Positions 50,570 through 61,503 are shown, numbered from the stretch's first letter. The stretch: DNA of 64,000 nt from Lingula anatina (GCA_051362555.1 CM120644.1:24822534-24886533); one strand, 5' to 3'. Notes: a model not told the origin generated them from the sequence alone. Numbers and translations: made by a program.

Positions 50570-52803
50570 GAGAGAAAGAGAAAGAGAGATCTGCCACGCT
50601 TCTATGTGAGAAATCTGATCTCTGTTATTTGCCAGAAAGTACAGTCTTTCCCCCACCACGACATGAAAAACTAGAGAGGTAGAGAGTGCATTTAATGGAA
50701 TAACTTTGATATGTTGCCATGTCTGCCCCTTGTTTTTAATATAAGAATTATTTTCAATTGATATCACACCTGAAATACTTCTCAAGTTGTCGACATAATT
50801 TCCCTGATAATTCGACGGTGACAACCATGCATCATTCATTCTGATCTCTGTTATTTGCTAGAAGTAGTCTTTCCCCTCTTACATGAAAAACTCAGGTAGA
50901 GAGTGCATTTAATTAATGTTAAATGTCTTCCTCTAGATTATAATATACGAATCATATTCAATTGATATCACACCTCAAAAAATCCTTAATTTGTCCTTTC
51001 TCAGTTTTGACGGAAACTTAAACTTTAATGTATCCAAATGATGAGGGTATTGTTAACAGATGTAAGATCAGAAAACCATTTTCCTGGAAATCTTGTCACA
51101 GGAACGTGTAAAAGACGATCTGAATTTTCTCGGCAATCGAGAGGCCCAAAGCCATTGGAAGCCCCCTGGCGTTCAGTTCAAGTCTTGAATTTATTTGTGG
51201 TAAAAACTAAAAAAAGTTTGCCTCTGGTAATTCATATAATTATAGTTCGTACCAATGGCCCCTTTGACCTCTCTTTTGCTCGCGAATATTTCTCTGAGAA
51301 CAATCTTTCGGTAAATTCGGTAACAAGGTTTGTGGAGGAGGGGGTGAGAATACGCAGTGTAATGTCTCCAGATGTCAAAGGAGACGAGGCAATAAAACAT
51401 GTCTATGCCTATAATATTTAAAATTATTTTGTATTTTTAAGTTATTGACGTTAAGCCAAACAATGTGAGACAGAAGTGGAGGGGGGAGGGGCAGGTGAGT
51501 AGAAGAAATCAGCTGTACATGTTAAAGAGGTCTATGAGGTGCCAACTGTCCCCCTTCTCCTTCTACAGAGATTTATTCCAATCTGTCTCATATGGGTACA
51601 GTTCTGCTCCTCTAATCTCCCCTTCAGCACTTGTCTTAGCCTATGAGATTGAATGCCTTTCATCGTATTAGTTACACTATGACTGCAGATGCAATGTGAA
51701 CAGTTGAATTGATCAAAGAAATATTTGTAGATATATTACCATATTTCATTTGCATTGTTATCTTTATGTTTTATATCTTGGCTCCAAGGAGTTTTAAGAA
51801 TATAGAAATGTTTCTGACTTGGAGGAAAAAACTGGACGGACGGAAATGTTTTTACCAGGAAATCGAGCTTGTCACAGTTTGCTACTTTGTGGATCAACAC
51901 ATCAATAGTTTTAAAACGAGTTGTCAATAACATTTACCACAACGAGAATCATTACCTATCACCCCGAGATTTCTCTTGTTGTTGAGAGCCCCCTGGTGGA
52001 GGGTAGAAAATTGATATGAACTAAACTCACGCTTTCGCAGTGATGACGATCCATTACGTTATGTAGTTTCATTAAGTAAAATGCACTTGAGCTTTTTTAA
52101 CGTCTTAGAATCCAAAATGAGAGCGTTTTTTATTCTTCGTTGCTACTGTTGTGTCAAGAAGTTTGCAATTTTGTCATTTTTAAATAATTTTCATATAAAA
52201 AGCAGACGACATTGAGCCCAGTTTCCCGGATGAAGTCCACCTAGGCTGTGAATTGTTTTGGGAAATCAAGAGAATTAAAGCAGTAAAACAGAGTTATGCA
52301 AGCAATCTATCTATCAAATAAATAAATAATTCAGAACGCATTTAGATTAACTCACTAAAAGTGTATTATCCGAGACTACACTCACCTTTCAGATAGGGAC
52401 GCTAATTGCAAGGAGCGATGGTCGTGGAAATTGTACTCATTTCTTGAGTTTGTCTTGCTTCCTGTACACGTGGCACACACTCACCACTTACGAAGGGAAT
52501 GCAAGGCACGACGAAAGTATTGCCCTTTTGCGTCAGTTTTTCTTCACTCTTGCCTCACACGTTTGTGGTGACGTACGGCATACGTCAGTTTTGTTTCCTG
52601 TCCTCTTCTTTCTTCTTCCCCCTCCCTTTTTTTCTACTCTGTAAACCTCTTTCTTTTGCCTTTTGGAGGAATATTAGAAACTAAATTGAGCAAACATTTG
52701 AAAATTTTGAAAATTGTTGTACACGTTACACCGTCGACGTTCATTGTAAAGACACGAGCGTGCGTCGTGAGCACGCCTGTTATACACCAGACGTGGGGGT
52801 GAC

Positions 52804-53186
52804 TGTTCTGGGATCAACAAAATATTGTCAAAACTGTTCAGTCTAGGATGTAAAATGTGGTCACTCAGTCATGTGACACATGAAGACAAAAGACCACACC
52901 TACAGTACTGAGAGGACACACACACCACTGATTTTGATGGAGATAGACAGAAGTACATGACTTTCTAAAATATATACTCCACAATTTATGTAAGTGTACA
53001 ATGTATTTGTTTTAATCTATAAGAATCATTATTTTATTATACTTTAGAACATATTATATTGTATTTTTATTTTTTATTTTTAGTGACCGGCTTTCGGCTT
53101 TCGACTTTCGGCTTTCGGCTTTCTGCTATCGGCTATTGACTATTTGCTATGAACAATTTTGAATGAAGCTAACCGTGTGCAATAAG

Positions 53187-53233
<47 letters not shown>

Positions 53234-54199
53234 CCCAAAACAGTCAATAAATTTGGTCAAACAATCAAGATTACCAGAAGCAGTTCACTTACATTATAAC
53301 CATGGACTTGAAAACGTTAAAGAAGAAACGAAGTGACGCTAAAAGAGCTGTTACTGTGGGAGCAAAGGCCTTGGAACAAGCCATTGATGTTGGACTTGAG
53401 GTAAAGGATGCAGTGGAAAGACTAGAGAAAAGATATCTGGATTATTTGGAAGTAACGAACGACTACAGGGTGTTATGTGAAGAAACAGATGCAGATACTG
53501 AATTCACAGTTGTTGCTGAGATGGATCTTAATGAATACGATGAACAGGTGAAAAAAACATACCTCAATACAATCCATGTGTATAAGCAACATAGCAAACG
53601 AAATGTAACTCAAAATTCAGACTCACCCATTCAACTGAAAAAAAGGGAAATCCCTAAATTCTCAGGACACAGAAGAGACTGGCCAGAATTTAAAAACATT
53701 TGGCAAAATATGGTTATTCCAGCCGTACAAAATAAAATAGCCTTGGCTGTGGATTTAAAAAAACTCTTGTAAAAGTGGTCTAGCTTATGTAGAAATTTCC
53801 AACATCTCAGCAGGTTCGGAAAATGCTTATGATAAGATGTGGGAGGCTTTATGCCTACACTATGACAATGTCCCATTAGCCGTGTCCAATGCTTTAGAGG
53901 AGATAAGCCAGTTAAAACCAGTGTCATCTGAAGATAATTATCAAGAGCAAGTGCAATTGATCAGAAAAATTGATTCCATATTTCAACAGCTAGAGATGTT
54001 AGATCAAGTACATATGGTTTCTTGTAAAGACGTGGCACGCATTGTTTCATTTTTTTCACCCTTGCTCAGAAAAGATTGGGCAGAATTTCTCAATAAGTTG
54101 CCAGTTTCAGCACAATTACATCCATTAGGTCTACTTCAGGACTTCTTACAATCAAAGTTAGGGGTTCTCAAACAAATGGCTAATGATCAAGCGTTTTAG

Positions 54200-54230
<31 letters not shown>

Positions 54231-54239
54231 CCCAAAAGA
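52804..54239 (+). mobile_element. Internally deleted BEL/Pao LTR retrotransposon
   Basis: 5' LTR TGTTCT...AAAACA at 52804-53242, then a gag fragment, then only the end of the 3' LTR (aggag(T)n cccaaaaga). 5-bp TSD gtgac at 52799-52803 and 54240-54244. Confidence 0.85.
53302..54199 (+). pseudogene. BEL/Pao gag fragment (DUF1759-like)
   Basis: LKKREIPKFSGHRRDWPEFKNIW motif, frameshift in the A-run at ~53757-53763, truncated at ~54200. Confidence 0.8.
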
Positions 54240-54244
54240 GTGAC

Positions 54245-54596
54245 GCACGTTCGACACATTCCCGGTGTGCTCTAGACTTTGTTCGTTAGTTGTGAGTGCG
54301 TGCGCCTTACTCAACACGCAAAGGGCACTTGTTCCTTCATTGCTTGCGACGCGCGTCTTGCACAACTCGCGTCTCTCATGCTCACTCCGTGCGAGGGGAG
54401 CAAGTTACGGTTGCGGTCTCGCTGTTCGCAGGCTATTCGTAGAATCTTTTGGACATGTCCAACATTCTCCGTACGTGCTTGCGGGCTGTCTGCGAACTCG
54501 ATATGTCGTAAAGACTTGCGGAGGACGTGAGATTCTGCACAAAATTTGGACGTTAACAGCCAGTGAGTGCTCGCACGGCCGGTTGTAACCGAGGCT
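54245..54596. mobile_element. CpG-rich end of a probable Harbinger-like non-autonomous element
   Basis: Ends ggccggttgtaaccgaggct|taa. Similar CpG-rich sequence lies left of the BEL insertion (~52730-52800). The matching left TIR was not found. Confidence 0.35.
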
Positions 54597-54668
54597 TAAC
54601 TTCCGAATCCTAGCTGGATTTTGTCGGCTGTTCAATTATATTGAATAAAATTGTCAAAACAATAAGAT

Positions 54669-54741
54669 TGGAAATGCCGGGGATTGAACCCGGGGGCCTC
54701 ACACATGCAAAGCGTGCGCTCTACCACTGAGGTACATCCCC
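54669..54741 (-). tRNA. tRNA-Ala(TGC), possibly a pseudogene
   Basis: Minus strand GGGGATGTACCTCAGTGGTAGAGCGCACGCTTTGCATGTGTGAGGCCCCCGGGTTCAATCCCCGGCATTTCCA: cloverleaf, anticodon TGC, A and B boxes, downstream TTTT. Has a D-stem mismatch and one extra C. Confidence 0.88.
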
Positions 54742-55248
54742 GCACGATACCATACACGACGCATATATCAATTATTTGATAATTACACATTCAGCAAATA
54801 CATATGTGCAAAAAAACATCACAATATGGTTTCTGTTGAAGCTTAAAAGTGTAATTTTTTAAAAAAATATCAATCTATCAAATAAATAAGTAATGGTTCC
54901 ACTTAAATTTGCCTTTCCTTACACCTGCACGTACATGGAGCGAACATACATGTATGGATAATGGTTAATGAATCCATTTTTACATTCAAAGTTAGACCCT
55001 GTTTTTATACTTAAAGGTTTGTCGTTTTGTTATAAAATCTAAACAGAGTGTAGCCATCAGAAGAGGTCACGTGGTCTAAAAACAAGCTCAGATATCAGAA
55101 TAATAGCTATAACTGCCGGCTTTGTTGTACAACAGAATGTATTATATATCTATAGGACAGACAAGTATCAAAAATAAATAATGTTTTTAAGAAAGCTTTA
55201 GTTAAAAGTATATTACCCGAGACTACACTCACCTGTACATGTCCTTAG

Positions 55249-56082
55249 CACAGCTTAAGAAAGGCGGAGTATGTTGAACATAATATCATTTTGGGGGACG
55301 GAGAGCCTTTTGCTGCAGTGATTGTGAAGGACGGCGAGATCATAGGTGAGTGTCTACTGGGTATATATAAGGCAGGAAATCTTATATACATGTAGGTATA
55401 GACCTATATATAAGGCAGGAGATCATACATGAATATGAGTGTCTATATATATTAGACAGGCGATAACCCTGACTGGGTTAAAACAAAATAACCTTTATAT
55501 TTTCTGCAGGTGAAGGTTGGAACCACATCATAGTGGACCATGACCCCTCCGCTCACGGCGAGGTAGTGGCCATCAGAAACACGTGCAGGAAGTTGAAGAC
55601 ACGTGACCTGACCGGATGTGACATCTATACCAGCTGTGAGCCGTGCGCCATGTGTGCTGCCTTGATTGCTATGACCGGGTGTGTATAGCTGTTTTCTCAC
55701 GGTTACTGATAATTTAATACTTTAATTATAAAGCTCCAAAAGTGTTCTTTTCTTCATATTGTCTTGACACTTATATAATTACTTATTGCTCATGTTTTAT
55801 CTCCAGAATTCAGCGGATATTCTATGATACCAACTTGTAGGCAATGACGTCTCACCTAGCTATTTTTCTTATTTTATCTCCAGAATTCAGCGAATATTCT
55901 ATGGTACCACCTTGGAGGCAGTGAAGCCTCACTTCAGCGTTGATTACGCTGCAACATACCAGAATCTTCATCTTCCTGTACATCAGCGACATCTACCGGC
56001 AAGACAACTACTAGCCGAGGAAGCGTACGCGGCAGTCAGTCATACTTTTCCTATAAAGAAGAAGCCGGAAGCGGACGTTTGA
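55249..56082 (+). CDS. Zinc-dependent nucleobase/nucleoside deaminase, GuaD/guanosine deaminase-like; exons ~55249-55345, 55510-55678, 55884-56082
   Basis: Spliced translation GDGEPFAAVIVKDGEIIG|EGWNHIIVDHDPSAHGEVVAIRNTCRKLKTRDLTGCDIYTSCEPCAMCAALIAMTG|IQRIFYGTT...EADV* with HxE and PCxxC motifs. GT-AG introns in matching phases; AATAAA at 56112-56117. Start codon unresolved. Confidence 0.88.
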
Positions 56083-56368
56083 CATTTTTTTTTTCAAAAA
56101 TTAAAAAGATTAATAAATATGCTCATAGTCCAGTATGATTTCATCATATTACAATGTGTCATGGAACACATTGTAATTTGGACTAGTGAATAAAGGGATA
56201 ACGACTGTTTGCAAGTTATCCATATTTCACTATAAATGCATTGTAAACAGCTCATAGACATATAATAAATTCCATTGTACCACCAAAAACAGTGGTTAAT
56301 GCAATTAATCTGGAATTTGTGTTTGCCATCACATCACGTGATGGCTGTACTCTGTAATAATCTCTTAA

Positions 56369-57356
56369 AGACAGTCTCAGTGGGTTAGATTAATGTATAG
56401 AAGCAGGTTCTATGTAAAGCTTTGATCAGATTTGTGTTTTGTGAGATTGTTTATTATTATATTAATAAGTCTGGGTCACAAAAGTCCTGTTAAGACAACT
56501 AGAATAAAGAATTAGAAAACGAAAACTATTTATCATGATTTCGGAGCACAGCCAGAAGTACTTCCGGCTCAAGGTCACGACCTCGATTTTCCCACGCTTA
56601 CGACCAATCACAGCAGGCTTCAGTCAGAATGAGATAGACGTCACGACTACACAGCGAAACTTGTCAGACATGTAAGTGCCGCCTGTCCATCTTTTCGGTA
56701 CATGTACCGATCAAAAATAGACAACGTAAAGCTCAAAACGCTCTTATACACGTAACCAACTTTGTATGAGCACAAATATTGTCATTTATTGTGAACAGGA
56801 TAATATGATAATCAGACACACTTGAGACCTGTGAAGCGCATACTCACGTGTCGAGGAGTAGTTTCGCCATTGCCTCGTATGTGAGTCCTAACTCAGCTTT
56901 AAGTGTCCTCCACCGCCCCACCCTCCCAACATACACAGTCTGAGTGCTTCTTCGTCTGTCTCTAATTTTCTTTCGTATCTTTCGAACTGGAGTGGCTATT
57001 TTCTTTCGTCCCTTTTTGTCGCTCTCCTCTTCAGACTTGACGCGCGTCTGAGCCATGTTTGCTGTTTTGGCGCCAAATAGTAACATCCGGGTCTCAGCCG
57101 TAGTACTTCATTCATAGTAAACCGCGAGACTTAGCGAGAAATTGCGCGTTCTGAAGCCGTACTGTGAGGTGGTAGCTGAGTATTTAAGACGAGTCGTCTT
57201 TTATTATTTAATGGAACTTAAAAACGGTATTAGGTAGGTTCATTTTCTCAACGGTTTTGAATAGGATATACCTTGGTCATTATGGGGAAATTGGTGAGAT
57301 TTCCAGGAAAATTCATTTTCGTGCTATTTTAAGGGTTTAACGCGCTGAGACTGTCT
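56369..57356 (-). mobile_element. Non-autonomous Kolobok-like DNA transposon (988 bp)
   Basis: TIR agacagtctcag / ctgagactgtct, TTAA at 56365-56368 and 57357-57360. Internal exon-like ORF 56844..57086 (VYVG...RWRTLKAELGL....MAKLLLD) ending at a gtgagt donor. Confidence 0.8.
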
Positions 57357-59286
57357 TTAAGAGAATATTACAGATAACCAAACTTTTTAGAAAGACAGGG
57401 ACACAAAAAAAAAAAAAAAAAAAAAAAAAGACAGGGACTAGCTTTGGGACCATTTAGATTGAGAAGAGCCGAGTGCTCGTAAAGCCGCGACCTAAATACG
57501 GCGGACCTACACGAAAGGAAGACCGCTAATCCTATAATGGTCTCTCCGCCTGTCACACACTTCCCCACACGTCGTCCCTGCGGGGTCACAGTAATTAAAT
57601 CTCGACTCAATTCAACCCGTCGAGAACACATTGAATCAAACCAATAACAAGTCTTTCCCCATTCTGAGAACAATAAAGAGTGAGCAGCCATCTGCTTCAT
57701 CTCAGTGTATCAAACAAATCGTCTTTCTTGTGGCAGAAATTAATATATTAAATAATCAACTCTCATCTGCCTTATCTTTGTGTCATTAAAAAAGAAAAAA
57801 ATACTTAGAATATTATACGGCCACTTCTACTTCTACATATACCTCTAATTCCCTCTTATTCCTCTCGAAGTTGCAAAAAAGAATTGTGTGTGAACCGCTT
57901 CGACTTTGAAGTTGTCTGGACGATCGTTCCTCGTATAGTCAAACAAAAGTGATATCTCCCGCGTCAACGTCGATTGCCAATTACACACCCCTCTTTTCTT
58001 GTGAATTTTTATATTTATGTATTTTAACGGCGATAACGTGGCTGCAATTTTTGCATCAACATTTGGCGGCAATGCGCTCGAGAAGAAAGTCCGTTTGCAA
58101 CTAATTTAGCAGTGGAAGATTTGTAAAACCCGGACTTTTGCAGTATTTTGAGTAGACACTGTTGGATCCGACGATTTTTTTTTTTTTTTTTTTAAATTTT
58201 TTTTTAAGATCAGAAAAAATTATTCGTTTGCGGATATCATCTTAAATAAGTTAAATAACTAATTACTTATAATGAAATTACTGTTTTTATCTATTTAAAG
58301 TTTATTTTTACGTTATCTTTTAAGTTAACATAAAAATTAAAAAGGCAACTTGTCAACTGTATTTTTGATAACGTGCAGTACTTGGGAACTCGAAACCCGG
58401 TTTATTTTTAACTTTTGAAATAAGGTGCTTAAAAATGTCCTCTCCACCCCCTCACATAATCTCTATTGTAACCCCGACCACTGTTCACCATAATCTACCA
58501 GTGACCTGCAGAGCCCTATCTGCCTCATCTCCTCCCTCTCAAGACCCCCCCCCCCCCCTTGGGGTCCTGGTAGTCTTGTACATATTGAAATGTTACAGCA
58601 CTGTCCAATACGAAGAACAGAGACTTTTGAGAAGAAGCGGGGTAGGGGGTAGGGCTGCTATTTCCTCTCACTGCATCTGCACTATTCTTGAAAATCCGCT
58701 AAAAACTACACTATTTGTTTAAAAATGCCCGGAGCACAGTCGACATTAAAATAGCAACGACCGCTGAAAACAAGCAAAGATGTTCTGCTGTCGACCGAAT
58801 TTATTTACATGTGGCAAAACAGTAACTCAGTGATAATCAAAATAATGAAAAATAAAGCAGCTAAGGTCGACAGGACTCGTTTTATTTTAGTGCTAAAACA
58901 TCAGGTTGTTTATTGTAACCAGCAACTTACCATCTCTATCATTATTTGTCCATTCAATACAAATCATGCAAAATGTTTACATGGAAATAAAAGATTGTAA
59001 AGATAAACTTTTTTTTTTCATATTTAGGCCAAAATGAAGTCCACTGTTAACAGTTAAGTTCTACCGGGGTTTAAGTGAAAGAAGTATCGACTAATGAAAA
59101 ATAATATATGTTTGTTTGCAATAGAAGTGCTTAATTAAAGTGATAATCCATTTAGAACTTCGACACAATTCCAATATCTACATGTATATACAACAAATAC
59201 TGTGCACTAGTTGTAACCTGTGTCCATTACATTTTTCTTCTGTGTTATTAATCAATTCAAACATCATCACAGTGTCAAATCATATG

Positions 59287-61503
59287 TCATTTCTTATTTA
59301 TATATTTATACGTGGATATTTCACATCTGTCAGTTCCAACAACAAGCTCCCCGTTACCACTGACATCAACTGACGCAGGATATCTAATGCTGTCACTCTT
59401 TGACAAAATGTTACAAAGAAATCTTCCGTCTGAACCAAGGACAACCACCCTGTGATGACTGTAGTCAGCTATGAATATGTGTCCAAACTTATCTACGCAC
59501 ACTCCTTCTGGATTACTCAGTTGTCCGTCTGCACTTCCTCTCTGACCTCGTGCTCCATACTGGAACATGACGTCACCCTGGGGTGTCACCGCATACACAC
59601 AGTGGGCACTCTTGTCGCTGACTATGATTGCATTGATGCCGTGGTGGTATGCACAGCGCAGTGGACCTTTACTGCACATTGGGATAGGGATTCTGCCAAC
59701 AAGTTGAAAAGATTTCATGTCGTACACACAGATGCACTGTGCACCACTATCACACACGTATACCTTACCCTCTGTACGGTCCACAGTGACACCCCAGGGG
59801 TTAGACATATCACCCTGACCAAAACATCGGATAAACTGACCTGATGTTGAATACAGTCTACAGCATTTATCATCACATGTGACCACGAATGTATCGTTAC
59901 TGATTATAGTGAAATACCTCACCATACCCACTATATTGATCTCACGATTACTCTGACCTGTGCTGGAGAATATGGAGACTGTAAAACAATAAAAAGAATT
60001 ATCATGTACAACTAAAATGCAACCGTCATCTGCACACTGGATATTCATCAGTGGCCCGACCTTAACATAAAAACGCATGGTCCTTTCTGGTGTTTCAAGC
60101 CATGAGAATTCCTGAAATTTCATCATGTCTGGATAGTGCGCTCTCTCTTGCTTCAAACTTCCAAAACATGCATCCAAGGGACCCCGGTATGTTTTCGCCG
60201 TAATGGACCCCGTTTTGACGGACAGCTGTGGTTCAGGAATTTTAGGAAACTGTAGCACAAGGTCCATTTTTGTTTTTCCTGGTGTAAATGTTATGTTGGT
60301 GATATTAGTATTAAATACTAGTTCTACTGTCTGCAACTCCTGAATTCTAGTTTGGAGTTTTTTAGAGTGGGTCATGACCTCAATATCAGAACCGGTGTCT
60401 GTGAGCTGCTGAGCGAAATCACGAATGCTATGAATGGAAATCTTGTTCATTTCTTGCTTGTCCTTTTCAGCTTCTAAAGTCTTCACCTGCGTGGAGGTGA
60501 GCGCCTTCACTTCTGCCTTTATTTCCTTGCTTTTGCCATGTATAAATCTTTTCATTTTGGTGTAATTGGATTGTGCTTTTGATTCGTAAGTTTCCAAATG
60601 CTGTTTGACAGTGGTCAAATATGCGTCCGTCTGTTGACGTACGTCCTTCTCTACTTGCTGATAATAATATTTGATTTCTCTTTCAATAGTTTTACTGTTT
60701 TCATCTATCTCCTCTGTCATAGCTAATTCTTGAGAATCCACCAAACGAAGAACATTCGTCTGATTTTCAGTCAGCCTCTCTTCCGTTCGCACAATGGCCT
60801 TTTCCGCCTCCTCAAAACGAAACAGTTTCTCAGTAGGAAGATTTATCAGCTTCTCTTGTATTTGATCTCGTTGAACTCTCACCACATCCCCCAATTCTTT
60901 GAAATCGTGTTTGCTGTGGATTTTGACAATGCATTCCCTGCATATAACGGTGTCATCATTTTCACAATAGAACGCCAGCGGTTCTCCGTCGTGTTTGTTA
61001 CAGTATTGAGATTTATCTAATACGTGACGTAACTGATCTCCCATGTCAGCTGGGTTGACTGGGAAATCGATTTGTGACAGTGGAACAAATGAATGGTCCT
61101 CACAAATCGGTATTTTATCGTGAATTTCACGACATGTAGGGCACAGTTGGTTGGTTTTGGGGCATTCGTTGCACATAAAAGCGGCCTGTTTATGGTTACA
61201 ATACTCACAAAGTTTCCCACCAGGCGTTTTCTGGCCTTTGATGAAGTCAGTTACTTTTCTTAAGAAGAAGTTTTTCACTAGAGTTTGTAATCCACCTGGT
61301 GGTACGGGGGCCTCTTGGCGACATACGGGACAGGAAAACTTGTTCTGGACACCATTCTTGGCTGCATGGTCAACAATGCATTCCAGACAGAACGTGTGGT
61401 AACAGGGGAGCACTCTCGGGTCTTTATATTCCTCCAGACATATATGACACGTTAAAAAGTTCTCACTGAAGACGTTGTACATCTCTTTCGAAGCCATCGC
61501 CAT
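59287..61503 (-). CDS. TRIM-NHL protein copy 5 (intronless)
   Basis: Intact ORF with the same architecture. ATG at 61503 (MAMAS). Confidence 0.95.
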   Translation of the reverse strand: MAMASKEMYNVFSENFLTCHICLEEYKDPRVLPCYHTFCLECIVDHAAKNGVQNKFSCPVCRQEAPVPPGGLQTLVKNFFLRKVTDFIKGQKTPGGKLCEYCNHKQAAFMCNECPKTNQLCPTCREIHDKIPICEDHSFVPLSQIDFPVNPADMGDQLRHVLDKSQYCNKHDGEPLAFYCENDDTVICRECIVKIHSKHDFKELGDVVRVQRDQIQEKLINLPTEKLFRFEEAEKAIVRTEERLTENQTNVLRLVDSQELAMTEEIDENSKTIEREIKYYYQQVEKDVRQQTDAYLTTVKQHLETYESKAQSNYTKMKRFIHGKSKEIKAEVKALTSTQVKTLEAEKDKQEMNKISIHSIRDFAQQLTDTGSDIEVMTHSKKLQTRIQELQTVELVFNTNITNITFTPGKTKMDLVLQFPKIPEPQLSVKTGSITAKTYRGPLDACFGSLKQERAHYPDMMKFQEFSWLETPERTMRFYVKVGPLMNIQCADDGCILVVHDNSFYCFTVSIFSSTGQSNREINIVGMVRYFTIISNDTFVVTCDDKCCRLYSTSGQFIRCFGQGDMSNPWGVTVDRTEGKVYVCDSGAQCICVYDMKSFQLVGRIPIPMCSKGPLRCAYHHGINAIIVSDKSAHCVYAVTPQGDVMFQYGARGQRGSADGQLSNPEGVCVDKFGHIFIADYSHHRVVVLGSDGRFLCNILSKSDSIRYPASVDVSGNGELVVGTDRCEISTYKYINKK

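Noticed and set aside
55510-55678. AID/APOBEC or ADAT2 assignment for the deaminase
   Set aside because: Lacks the APOBEC SWSPC and ADAT2 EVPVG/TVEPC signatures; motifs fit GuaD/GSDA.
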